A model generated the notes under the pieces. It was not told the DNA's origin, searched no databases, and saw only the letters and a list, made by a program, of their open reading frames with translations. The position numbers and the translations under genes were made by a program. A stretch of DNA of 64,000 nt from Euprymna scolopes (Eukaryota), in assembly GCA_053919585.1 (NCBI GenBank), contig CM132825.1; one strand, written 5' to 3'. This document shows, in pieces, positions 13,317 through 25,200 of this stretch. Position 1 is the stretch's first letter; each line of letters starts with the position of its first letter.

Positions 13317-13782
13317 AGTAGCAAATTTGCCTGGCGTTGACCAGTATTGCATGTAACGTTTCATTTAAAAAAAAAAAAAAATGCAGTAAAAGCAAACTGA
13401 GACATGTGCATGCGAGTATTGCATTTTTTTTCCTAAACAGTTCACTTATTGTAAGTTAAAAAAAAAAAATTAAAAAATACACTCACGCTGAGATTGAAAC
13501 TAAAACCTAAAGAAAGGGAGTTAAGTACAATAACCATTCAGCCAGCTTGCCACGACTTTAAAAAGGGTTTTTAAATCAACATATTCTTAACATAAGGAAG
13601 CTGTCATTTGAACAATTCGCTCAAACACAGTTGTGAAACAGTTGACAAACAGATAAAAATCCAATTACATCCCCACCCCCAATGTGTCTGAATATCATAT
13701 ATACCAAATCCGTAGATCAAAAATTTGTGGAGTGTATAGGTTGAGAGTCGTCCTCCCTCCCTCCCTTTTATAAATATATAGA
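13317..13782 (-). mobile_element. Non-autonomous Helitron related to 25201-25680
   Basis: Shared aacagttcac.t.ttgtaagt, ttcttaacataag and gtagatcaaaaatttgt blocks; ends tttataaatatataga. Confidence 0.6.
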
Positions 13783-13874
13783 TAACTTTTATGAATATCA
13801 AAAAAAAAATCACAGGGTGAGGGTCAATTTGTTGTTACTACACATTCGCTCGCATTAAGCATTTAAAAATGACT

Positions 13875-14902
13875 TTTTGGTCCCCCGATTTATCGAGGAG
13901 AGACCTATGTTTTCAATGTCGTCCGTTAGTCCAGATGATTGTCAGATAACTGTCCATTAGTTTTTCCTGAAATTTTGCTACAAATTGTATTTCATTAAAT
14001 AGATGTGCACGGTAAAGTTACGGTACGCCCCCCCCCCCCTCCAAGGGGCCCAAAAGAGGTCAAAATGGCCAAGAATGACATGTTTTGCCCCATAAGTTTT
14101 GATCCATCCATTAGATTTTTTTTAAACTTGGCTAAAATGTGGAGCTCATTCTTAATATAAATCCAGTATTGGTTACCCTGGTAAAATTCTGGTTTGCGTC
14201 CCGGGTACTTTCAGTCCTAAAAACGCCCCTTTTTATGGCTCTTTTTTCATATTTCTCAACAAAAACTTGATATGTCAAACTATATAGTGGTTTTTCACGG
14301 GGATCAACTGAAATATACATGTTTTAAGGCCTTAAATTGCACAGTTATCCATTTACACTGGGATTCGGTGTCCCCAGGTGCACAAAAGAGGTTAAAAATG
14401 ACATTTTGCCCCATGGCGTTTGATTCATCCATTAGATTTTCCTAAAACTTGGCCAAAATGTGGAGGCCATTGTTCTTAATATAAATTCAGTATGGGTGAC
14501 CATGGCAAAATTCTGGTTCACATCCTTCTAAGACTTTTAGGATTAAAAAAACATGCCTTTATGGAGTTCTTTTTTCATATTACTCAAAAACTTGATATGT
14601 ATGTCTAGTGGTTTTCCATGGCGCTGAATTCAAATATATGTCTTAAGGTGTGAATGCACCATTTGTCCATTTTTACTGGGATTCTGCATTCCCAGGAGCT
14701 CAAAAGGAGTCACAAATGCCGCAAAATTGAAAAAAAAAAAAAGACACTTTTTACCCTATAATTTTTGCCCCATCCTTTAGATTTTTTTGAAAATTGGCAA
14801 AAAATGTGAAGCAACGTTGGCCCTTCTCACTTTTCATATTCATTATTTTTTCACTATTTTTTTGTGGCGTCATCTCACATGCAGCACCAGAGAGTGGCTT
14901 GT
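13875..14902. mobile_element. Helentron/HINE-like element with internal ~300-bp tandem repeats
   Basis: tttttggtcccc start and cttgttt end in T-rich flanks; repeated catccattagattt..aaacttgg.caaaatgtggag units. Confidence 0.55.
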
Positions 14903-15038
14903 TTATTTTTATTTTATTTTAAATATTGGAGAATTTTGGACAAGAACCCAAATTTTTTATTTCCAACATATCTTTTCTTTTTTCTCATTTTTTACTATTT
15001 TAACAAAAAAAAAAAATCTTTTTCCAATTAAATCTTAG

Positions 15039-15237
15039 GAATATGCACAGCAGTAGTGGTAGAGCTACTCCTCCTTCAAGAGGGCCTAGTAGAGAAAGCA
15101 GCCGGTCTCGAGATGTACGACACAAAGAAGAAGCAGCAGAGCAACCAACTCCACCTGTTAAAGAACTCTCAATAGACGAAATAAACCATAAAACAGTAGC
15201 TATTATGGATGAATACTTACATATAACGGACATTAAG
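15039..15237 (+). CDS. eIF4G: eIF4G internal exon, start of MA3 domain (..ELSIDEINHKTVAIMDEYLHITDIK)
   Basis: cttag acceptor and AAG|gtgagt donor; AIMDEYLH matches the MA3 N-terminus; phase 2 to 0. Confidence 0.93.
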
Positions 15238-15418
15238 GTGAGTTTCTTCATGCTTATTTTTAATCTTCCTAAAACGCTTTTTTGTTTGTTTTTTTTTTGT
15301 TCTGTTATAGAAATTGCTACAAACAAGTTTCAATGAGGATTAAATTTTTCAAGGAATCTAATGACTCCATTTAAATTTTCATTCAAATCCATCTATTATC
15401 GATTAAATCTATAAAATA

Positions 15419-15472
<54 letters not shown>

Positions 15473-16020
15473 TATTGTAAAAGTTTAAATTTTTTTCCAT
15501 AACATATTGTATTCTTGTAAGTCACCAATAGAGAAAAGTTATAAACTTTTATACTTTTCATATTCATTTTTTCGTAATCAAGACATTAAAAAATAAAAAT
15601 ATTGCCCAAAAAAGAAAAAAAGAAAGTTATATTGTATGTATCCGTTTTGGACAAGATCTCCAAAAAAGATTTCACTTAATTTGATCGAGTAGTTTTGTTT
15701 TTGTTACAGCGGAAAAACACGTTTTTATGACAGCGCATTGAAGTCAGCCATCTTTGAATTGTTTTAACATGCCAGAGGGATATAACTCGGTTTAAAGCAC
15801 CGACACTCCCTCCCCATCTTTAATAACTAGCTTTTCTTCCTAAAAATCGAACCTTTTGCTCAGTATTGTAACAAACTGCTTTGTTTTTTTTTTTTTAGAA
15901 CTTCATTCCATAACTTATACATATAAGTCTTTTTTTTTTTTTTTTTTTTTCTCTATTTTCATTTTTTAATGTCTTCATTAAACTGTACAAGTACCCATTT
16001 TATTTTTTTTATATATATAG

Positions 16021-16546
16021 TCTATAAATATAAAAGCAAAAATGTATGTATGTGTGTTCGCTTTTTCTGTATGTCTACAAAAGGCTTTTTTCAGAGAAGC
16101 GGTCGGTCGGTTCACAACTTTTTAAAACTTTTTATATCACATATAAATCGCAATATCTCCCAGTTAACAACGAAGCTCGCCTGTCTATTTAATTTGCTCG
16201 ATTTCGGGAAGATAAATATTCAACATTTGTCGCTCTCCGCATGTGGGTTAGTCTTTTTCCTATTAACATCTTGGGGAAAATAAATCCCGCAGTCAAACTT
16301 GAACTCATTAAAATGGGCATCTGCCAAATCCAAGTAATTAAATAAATTCAAACGTGTTTCCGTTAGCATCTCGCAGTGGGGCAATCGTTAACGTCACTTT
16401 TTTTTTTTTTTTTTTTTTTTTTACACTTTAATTTACAACTTTGCCTCAAGGGTTCGGGTTCGATCCTCATACTTACTTTTCCTTTTTTTATTTATTCATT
16501 TTTTTCTCTCCCAAACACTCGGGCAACGTCGGATACCCCTCGCTAG
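16021..16546 (+). mobile_element. Non-autonomous Helitron (family B)
   Basis: 5' TCTATAAATATAAAAGC; 3' cgggcaacgtcgg hairpin and CTAG. Confidence 0.8.
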
Positions 16547-17105
16547 TCTATATATATATATAAAAGCGAAAATGTATGTATGTTTGCTTTTTGTGTATGT
16601 CCGAGAAAGGCTTTTTTCAGATCAGTCGACTCACTTAAAACTTTATATATCATGTCTAAATAATAATATCTACCAATTAACAATGGGGGTCGCCTGTCTA
16701 TTTAATTTGCCCGACTTTCAAAAGATAAATATTCGACATATTCGGATCGCGGCATGTTGCTTTCACTTTTCAGTATAAAAACAGCGAAACTGGATTCGAA
16801 CCGGATGTAAACGTCACTGTCAACTTTGGCCTCATTAAAAATTGTGATGTTTGACAATCACTTTTTAATTGCTCTTACATTGACTGTCGCTGTAGCGCAG
16901 TTGTCCAGGCTTAGCCTATGGGCCTCAAGGCTCCGGGTTCGAGCCGACCTGTCATCAGGCCTCCTCCTTTATTTTCATTTTTTTTTTTTTTATATATATA
17001 TTTAAATAGGGTTAAGTTTCCTTTTTGTTCCCCCCCCCCCCCACACACACACACAAATGCACAAACCTACAAGCACCCGGGCAATGCCGGATCTGCCTTC
17101 AACGC
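16547..17105 (+). mobile_element. Non-autonomous Helitron (family B), directly abutting the previous copy
   Basis: 5' TCTATATATA..AAAGCG; 3' ccgggcaatgccgg hairpin. Confidence 0.75.
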
Positions 17106-18036
17106 GCTCTCATAAAAACGTGTTTTTCCGCTGTAAAAAAAAAAACTACTCAATCAAATTAAGTGAAAATTTTTTTCAGAGATCTTCATGTCAAAATGGA
17201 TACATACAATATAACTTCTTTTTTTTTTTCCGATATTTTCATTTTTTAATGCCTTGATTAAATTGTACAAATGCCTTAATTTCATTTTTTTTTAAATCAC
17301 CTCCTTGAAGAATGCACTTAAAAAGGTTTAAACATTTAAAGAGTTACTTTTATTGGTGTTCTTTAAGATTTAAATATTTATTTGATTCATTAAATTTGCT
17401 TGCCATAAACTAAACTAGTTTTTTTTATTTATTTACATTTTCAGTGTCCCACATTCCATATACTTATGTGTTATATAATCCGTATAATTATTTCTTATAC
17501 AATTATTGCATTAATTGTAATTATACAATTATTATACATTCTATGCAATTTTAAGTGTTTTGCAATTTAAAATGTAAAAATTGAATTTATTTAGTAATTA
17601 AAAAAAAAAAAAACTTAAATTTATTTTAAACGAGGGTTGTGGGGCAGCCTTGCTAGGTTGTAAAATATTTTTTAATATATTTTAACTCAAGCAGATTTAT
17701 TTATTGCCAAGCCAATTCTCTATTGAATATTATATTGTACCTAATATGTAGTATTGATTTCAACAGTTACAAAAAAAAATTTTTAAATGACTTGGGTATC
17801 ATCAACTAGAAACAGAACCCAAATATTTAGCACTCCAGCCATGTTCCCTACTGTTTGAGCTATTAACAGATAGATAAGAAAGATTTAAAATTGAATCACT
17901 TCAAGCTATGAATGAATTCGCACATGCATAAAACTAATAGAAATATATTGACCAGTTGAAACAAACATTTTACATTTCAACTCGCTGACATACTTCTGTA
18001 TGCATAATTCATCCATCCAAACAAGTATTTTACTCA

Positions 18037-18222
18037 CTTAGCTTTTTGGTCAAGATCAAAGTGTAGTATTTGTTCTTCAGATGCTGCGCTTCCATTTCTT
18101 CTCTTTCGGTGGAGGATCAGTCCTTTACGACTGAGACAATTTTTTATTTTTGTACCTTTTCTCCACGTTAAAAAACGACCCTGGTGTCTAACTCTGTCCC
18201 GTGGGGAAGCATAGTAAATAGG
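18037..18222 (+). mobile_element. U2 snRNA-headed retroposed element, copy 2
   Basis: cttagctttttggtcaagatcaaagtgtagtatttgttcttcag head; body and 3' end (..gcatagtaaatagg) colinear with copies 1 and 3. Confidence 0.85.
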
Positions 18223-19132
18223 AACTCATTATAAACTCTCCTTGGTGTATGATTACTATCACTATCCTGTTAATTTCTGTGTTATCGGACCAGTGGTTTT
18301 AGAGTTTATCAGTTAAATATTTACACACATATACTGTTCTATTTATATACACTAAATCTTTATCTCGAGAAGTTTTTAATTATTGTTTTTTTAATTATTC
18401 GATTTCTTATTAAAAATACTAACTTTTTTAGGCAAATATTTTTTACAAATTATGACACTTTAAATTATTCCAACCAGTACAGGGTTCGCACAGACTTGAA
18501 AAATCCTTATTTCCTGAAAATAGAATTCTTTGTCCAGTGAAACTTTGTGAAAATACTAAATACTATAAAATTATTTTTAAGTATTAAAAAAGAATACCAT
18601 TAAAATATTTTTTAAATATTGAAAATAAAATGGAAAGGCATTGATCTGAAATTGTATAGTAATAGTGTGGATACAAAAGTTATCTCCCTTTTTCACAAAA
18701 CTACCTTGGTTAGTAACTTTAATTGGCTATTTATTTGTTGTATATTTGATTTTTTTTTTTTTTACCACTTTTTCGAATCACTATGGATTGTAAAACTCCA
18801 AATTTTGTTTTGAAAACTTGAATTTTATCTGGAGGAGGCCTTGAAAATCGACATTGGAAATCTGTACAAATCCGTGTGTTTGTGTTTATCTGCCCTTCTT
18901 TCTCTCTCTCTTCCCTGCCTCTCGCTACTTTAAAATACAGTCGAACCTTAGGGTATGTTTTTTAGTTTACGATGTGGAATACAATGTTTTTCCGGCCCCT
19001 GGTTACATTATTTGCTCCACCTTATGATGTTATTTGGTTATATACTATACTGCATTTTGTTACTAATTTTTAATGTCTGTCTAATATATATAAACAAACA
19101 TATAGTGGAGACTGTTCTTTTTCTCTTTTCAG

Positions 19133-19305
19133 GAAGCTACACAATGTGTAATAGAAATCAAGAATCAGCCTTATCTATACTGCTTTGTATCTAAAGCTTT
19201 GGAATATGTGCTGGAACGTTCTCAAGTCTCACGAAGACAAACGGGATTATTGCTTCATAATTTAGTTAAAGCGGAGATTATTGATGTTGAAACTTATTTA
19301 AAAGG
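19133..19305 (+). CDS. eIF4G: eIF4G MA3 exon: EATQCVIEIKNQPYLYCFVSKALEYVLERSQVSRRQTGLLLHNLVKAEIIDVETYLKG
   Basis: pyrimidine tract/cag acceptor and GG|gtaagc donor; EAxQCV..LERS..R..G.LLH MA3 signature. Confidence 0.95.
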
Positions 19306-19426
19306 GTAAGCCATTTCCCATTTATTTAGAGCTTGCCGATTTCTTTTTCCATTTTCAGATTAATTAAAATATATTCTTCTAATCTCTTTATTTTTTATTT
19401 ATTTAAAAAAAAATTTTTTTTTATAG

Positions 19427-19631
19427 ACTGAACGAAATTCTTGAGTTTGCTGATGATATGGCAATTGATATCCCAATGATATGGACGTATCTCGGAGAGT
19501 TATTAGGAGTGATGGTTAACGATAAATGTGTTCCATTGGGTTTCCTCAAAGAAGCCTGTAAACCTTTGAAAAGAACAGACAAAGCAAAAATATTAGTTGC
19601 TGAAATATTGCACAATGCTAGCCACCAATTG
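19427..19631 (+). CDS. eIF4G: eIF4G MA3 exon: LNEILEFADDMAIDIPMIWTYLGELLGVMVNDKCVPLGFLKEACKPLKRTDKAKILVAEILHNASHQL
   Basis: tatag acceptor and TTG|gtaagt donor; ADDMAIDIP.IW.YLGEL motif. Confidence 0.95.
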
Positions 19632-20547
19632 GTAAGTTGGATACAGATATGTGAACATGGTGTTGGGTTGCAGAATTTTTTGTTAAAAATTTACATCTGT
19701 CAGTTTTTGTTTGGATTCTTTGTCAGCTGATATTTGTTCTTTGTGATGAATTCCCTAGAAAAGTCACTTCCGATTAATGTTTACAAGAGTATAAAATATT
19801 CTGTTCTTTAAAAAAAAAAATTTTTTTTTTAAAACAGCCAAGTTCGTTTGAATGTTTTAAACATTGATTAGAAGTGACTTTTCCCAGGTTATTAATTGAA
19901 CTTGGTTTCAACAGAATTTATAACGTTAAAGATTTAAATGTTAGCTAGAAGCAAAGTACAATATGCTATTTCCTAAGAGTAATGTAAATGCAAAATGGAC
20001 CATCGTCTACTGACTTCATCACTTTTTTTTTTACTTTCTAGAAAACTTCTCTTTTCTTTCTTTTTTAGATTAGATTGTCCAATATATTCGCCTGAATTCA
20101 GCGTTTAGTACTCATTAATTCCTTTCATTTTGGTAGCAATTGCTTAGTGGCCCTGATGTAAAAGTTTAGCAAATAGAGCAAAAGGTGACTTTGTGATTGG
20201 GTTTGAATCTCATGAACGGCAGGTAGTCAACCCTTGCTGATGATTTTATGTGTGTGTTGGGACGATTAATCGGAAAATTTGTACATATTTCCCAATACCG
20301 AAAACGATTTTTTTTTTTTTTTTTTTTCCCTCCCTCCCTCTCTCTCTCTCTCTCTCTGTCTTTTACATTGTAAAGATTTTTCTTTATTTTCATTCTTTAA
20401 TGTAGAGGAATTCCAGACAAAAAAACAAATCTTACTAGTTTAGCTAATTTGTGGACATTTTTATGTATTAATCTGAAATAACGATTAAAGTTTTATTAAA
20501 GGCTAGCATACCCACATATTTTATAAATTTATATTTTCTTAATTCAG

Positions 20548-20646
20548 GGTCATAGGAAAGTCAGTGAATTATGGAGGTCATCAGGCTTGAAATGGTCAGA
20601 TTTTATAATTGAGCCTGAAGATGAAGCAGAGTTCATTAAAGAAAAG
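20548..20646 (+). CDS. eIF4G: eIF4G exon: GHRKVSELWRSSGLKWSDFIIEPEDEAEFIKEK
   Basis: ttcag acceptor and AAG|gtaact donor; LWR.SGL.W.DF motif; 99 nt, phase 0 to 0. Confidence 0.95.
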
Positions 20647-20765
20647 GTAACTTTTATGATTATAATTTCTGTTAATTGATTACGTTAAGTATTGCTTCCT
20701 CAGCATTCTTTCAACGCCTTGAGTGTTTCAACATTCTTCTGACCTCATTTCTTTTCTCTCTTCAG

Positions 20766-20895
20766 AAACTAGAATTTACTCTCAGTGTTGATGCGCCACA
20801 ACCAAATCCAGAGACAATTTCCATCGAAAAATTAAAAGAGAAGCTCAATAATTTACTGCTGACGCCAGAGGCCAAAAATGAAGAGATTTTTGATT
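20766..20895 (+). CDS. eIF4G: eIF4G exon (start of W2 region), 3' end lost in assembly gap: KLEFTLSVDAPQPNPETISIEKLKEKLNNLLLTPEAKNEEIFD[W..]
   Basis: ttcag acceptor; in frame with the previous exon; NEEIFD runs into the N-gap at 20896. Confidence 0.88.
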
Positions 20896-21135
20896 NNNNN
20901 NNNNNNNNNNNNNNNNNNNNNNNNNNNNNNNNNNNNNNNNNNNNNNNNNNNNNNNNNNNNNNNNNNNNNNNNNNNNNNNNNNNNNNNNNNNNNNNNNNNN
21001 NNNNNNNNNNNNNNNNNNNNNNNNNNNNNNNNNNNNNNNNNNNNNNNNNNNNNNNNNNNNNNNNNNNNNNNNNNNNNNNNNNNNNNNNNNNNNNNTAAAT
21101 CCGGCACAATTTAATGTTTTGTTTCGTTGTTTCAG

Positions 21136-21217
21136 GCAAATGTACCCGAAGAAATGACTAAGCAATCCCCATTTGTCAGAACTTTGATGACAGCAGTATG
21201 CTTAAGTGCCATCTCAG
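21136..21217 (+). CDS. eIF4G: eIF4G W2 exon: ANVPEEMTKQSPFVRTLMTAVCLSAIS
   Basis: tttcag acceptor and CAG|gtcaga donor; FVR.LMTAVC.SAI motif. Confidence 0.93.
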
Positions 21218-21279
21218 GTCAGAGCAGTTTTCATTTCATTTCTTTGTGATTAATGTGTGTGTGTGTATGTGTATATATA

Positions 21280-21657
21280 TATATATATAAGGCAAAATGT
21301 GTGTGTGTGTATGCTCGCTTTTTCTGTATGTCCGCAAAAGGCTTTTTTCCGGTGGTTCTTGGGGGGGGGGGGCTCATTCTTAAAACTTTTTATGACATCT
21401 AAATGATAATATCTAGGCGTTAACAACGGGGGTCGCCTGTCTATTTAATTTGCCCAACTTTGAAGTGCTAAATATTCCAGATTTTTGGATTGCCACATGT
21501 TGCTTTTGCTTTTCAGTATTTAAAAAAAAAAAAAAAAGCAAAACTCGATTTGAATATCCCAGAAAGTGATGTAAACGTTTGGTCAATGTCGGCTTTTCAC
21601 CGTCATATCAGACAGTTACTTTCATTTGGAAACACTCCCCTAATAAACGAGGAAGCT

Positions 21658-21697
<40 letters not shown>

Positions 21698-21785
21698 GGG
21701 TTATTACTTCGCTTATTCTTTTGTTTTGATCCCCCCCCCTCCCAACACACACACACACACACACACCTCTAAACACCCCCACTAG
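21280..21785 (+). mobile_element. Non-autonomous Helitron (family B)
   Basis: Shares cgcctgtctatttaatttgcc..aacaacgggggt blocks with the 16-17 kb copies; ends CTAG|T. Confidence 0.75.
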
Positions 21786-22289
21786 TTTATAATAAATTTA
21801 TTTTCTCAAACATCAGAAATATAATCATTCAAAATAAATGTAAGAAATCGTTACGCTTCAGAATTCGATTCTCATTTTGGCCAACGTAATTTCCAAGCAA
21901 GTCTAATAATAGTAAAATTAGTGAATATTTGTTCCATTCTGGAACCTGAGCAAAAATGTACACTTAAACCAGTAAGAGATTACCTTGGCTAAAATGTGAT
22001 TTTTTTTTTTTCTTTCTTTCTTCTTCCCTCGACATAGAATATCAGATCAACAAACTCTTCCTGGTGCTTCTAGATGAGTTAGTGTTTACAGATTTTAAAA
22101 TGTATTGCCTGTGAAATAACCATAAGAAAATGATACAAAGACGAAGGGGAAAATCTAACAAATTTATACATACAATTTAACCATTGATTATTGAGCCAAT
22201 GAATGTGAAATGATTATAAATCTCTTGTTGGGTGTGTTTTGTCCTCAAGGTGTCTTGGAAATCGCTCCTTTGTCAGCTCTTACTGCCAG

Positions 22290-22742
22290 TTTATAGTCAA
22301 CTGCTATTGTCTACAAGCTCTTGCTACTACTGACAATTTATACAGTCAACTGCTATTGTTTATAAGCTCTTGTTATTATTACTAACAATTTATACAGTCA
22401 ACTACTATTGTTTATAAGATCTTTTTATTACTAACAATTTATACAGTCAACTACTATTGTTTATAAGATCTTTTTATTACTAACAATTTATACAGTCAAC
22501 TACTATTGTTTATAAGATCTTTTTATTACTAACAATTTATACAGTCAACTACTATTGTTTATAAGATCTTTTTATTACTAACAATTTATACAGTCAACTG
22601 CTATTGTCTACAAGCTCTTGTTATTACTAACAATTTAGTCAACTGCTATTGTCTACAACCTCTTACTACTACTGACAGTTTATACAGTCAACTGCTATTG
22701 TTTATAAGATTTTGCTATGAGTGCCAATTTATACAGTCAACT
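22290..22742. repeat. 49-bp minisatellite (~9 units) in an eIF4G intron
   Basis: Unit tttatacagtcaactactattgtttataagatctttttattactaacaa; core units identical. Confidence 0.95.
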
Positions 22743-23565
22743 AAAGGTAGTGCTGCTACAAATAATTTTGCTCTCGTTATTTCCTAATCCTATTCTCAAT
22801 TCAGTGACTGATCACTTGATATGTCATAGATGCGGATTACCTCAAAATTTTTGTAAAAGATGTAAGATTAATTGACTTTGCCATTCACTCTAGATGTAAC
22901 TTTCTTGGCCTGGAACAAACTGCTCAAAAGGAAATTCCAGTGTTTCGGCCATGTGTGGCACCAGCCTGGTGAAGAGTTCATTTGTAAACTAGGGGCACCC
23001 AACAAATCCATCGGTTGGCAAAAATTCAGTCGGGCCAAATATAGAAGTTTTATCCGGTCCTAGAGTTTTTAGTGTCCAACGCTGGAATTGCGAATGGCTA
23101 AATCATGTCGATCAATGTGCGATGCAGCTAACACTACTGGATCCAGCTCAAATTCACTCGAGGTGAACGACACTACAACTATATTTAAAATAAAAAAAAA
23201 AAAGTGGGGATGGTTAATAAAGCATTTGAGACTGTATCAATTGGCAAATTAGTTGTCACTAATATGGATTTTAAGTCGGTTAGGCATGGTATGATTTCTT
23301 GTGGCAATTGAAGAAGGATGTATAGTATAAATGTTGTATTTTTGCAAAAAAAAAAAAAAAGGGGTGAATGTAGAAATTAGCTAGAATCGTATAAGTTAGC
23401 ATTGGTCACCTTTTTGTGACTGTGCGTCAAATTTATAGAATAAAGAAATTTATTTTTTTGTTAAAAATAAATATTGACCTACAATGTTGTTGTTGTTTTT
23501 TCTTTTTTTTGTTTTTTTTTACTTTTGATTTATTAATTCAATTAGCAATGTTAATGTATTTGCAG

Positions 23566-23709
23566 GTCTGGAGTCAACCGCCAAAGTAGAAGAACAGTTA
23601 ATTAAAGAAAGATCTAAATTACTACAAAAGTATTTAATCAATCAAACTCTACAGCTACAAGCTTTGTATGCTTTACAAGCCTTAGATCACCAAATGGAAC
23701 ATCCCCAAA
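23566..23709 (+). CDS. eIF4G: eIF4G W2 exon: GLESTAKVEEQLIKERSKLLQKYLINQTLQLQALYALQALDHQMEHPQ
   Basis: ttgcag acceptor and A|gtaaga donor; LLQKYL...LQALYALQAL...EHP motif. Confidence 0.95.
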
Positions 23710-24539
23710 GTAAGATCTTTTTTTCCTCTTTCCTTTTCTTTTTCATGCACTTTCTCTTCCTCCCCTTTCCTTTTATTTCTTTTTTTTTTTTTCTTTTTTT
23801 TTATTATTTTAGGTTTTATTTTCTTCACTTTATTTTTTATTTCATATTTTTTATTTATTTTTCATTTTATTTATTTTTCATTTTATTTTTACTATTCTTC
23901 CCTAAAACAAAAAACACCTGCGTTCTTAAACCTACGTAAATTTACAAAATTTATTCAGGACTTTAAGCTAAAAATCTGTTTTACACAAGAATATTTTATC
24001 TGAAAAAAATAAACCGGATTTTGTCCAAAATGTTCTTGTGCAGAACAAATTTTTACACTAATACGTTGAAACCTATTCAATTTCCAAAGCTTCCTGCCAT
24101 CGGTTTTATAAATTTTTCCTGGACATTCGACAGCATTCACTGGCCATCAGTGTGGAACATCGTTTTGCACAAGTATGGCCTGCCCAAAAAAAAGTCATCA
24201 TTGCAGTGAAGCAAATTTATACACATTTCAAGTGTCGCATACAAACAAGATTCTTTCAATGACTGGTTTGCGGTAATTGCTGGAATCGGTCAAGAATGTT
24301 TTTTATTTTTTCTTGATTGGATATTAAAAACAGTAATTAACAATTTGGTTGTTTAGAAAATATTTTACGAGTAAATGTTTGATATATAATAGTTGATATT
24401 TTTAGCGAAAACATTTATTGTTCTTTATGGGAGTGTATTTATTTCAGTGTGAGGAAATGTATCGTTAACATATCCTGAAATATTATTAGGTATTTGAGTA
24501 TGTCTTGAATCTGCAAGTGTGTATATTCCTGATATTGTA

Positions 24540-24721
24540 CCTATTTACAATGCCTCCCCACGGGACAGAGTTAGACACCAGGGTCGTTTTTTAACATGGA
24601 GAAAAGGTACAAAAATAAAAATCGTCTCAGTCGTGAAGGATTTCTCCCCCACTGAAAGAGAACGAGAAATGGAAGCGCCGTGTCTGAAGAACAAATACTA
24701 CACTTTGATCTTGGCCAAAAG
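24540..24721 (-). mobile_element. U2 snRNA-headed retroposed element, copy 3 (slightly 5'-truncated)
   Basis: The minus strand reads cttttggccaagatcaaagtgtagtatttgttcttcag..., with the same body and 3' end; possible ttgta TSD. Confidence 0.85.
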
Positions 24722-25200
24722 TTTGTAGATGTACTTAAAGTTTATGATGTGGAGGGATTTTCAGTTTGTAGACAAAACCACTTGTGCTATTGTTGTAAAT
24801 TTTTTTTTTTTTTGAGGGCTTGGTGTGTTTGTATTTCAGCAGTCGCATAAGTTATTGTGGTTGTCAGATTAATCGGGATGATAAAGTTAAATTACTTTTA
24901 TAAGAAAACAAAGATCTTGTAAGTTTTATTAGTTAGCTAAGCAAAGGAGGTTATATTTCCAGTCGAGTTTGTGGACACTACGCTGTACATATTAATTAAC
25001 CAATCTCACCGAACTTGGTCAAAATATCAGCTATTGTCAAACTCTGAATCAATTTATTTTGGGATCTCTATCGAAGGGTGAAATTAACACTTAATGTTCA
25101 TTGTAGAAACTTCCTACTTTGTAACTAATGAATTCTGGCATCATATGCATCTTATACATTACGCAACCCTGTCTACATTACGCGACCCTCATATATATTA

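Noticed and set aside
22290-22742. CRISPR-like array
   Set aside because: Contiguous tandem units with no unique spacers, in a eukaryotic intron.
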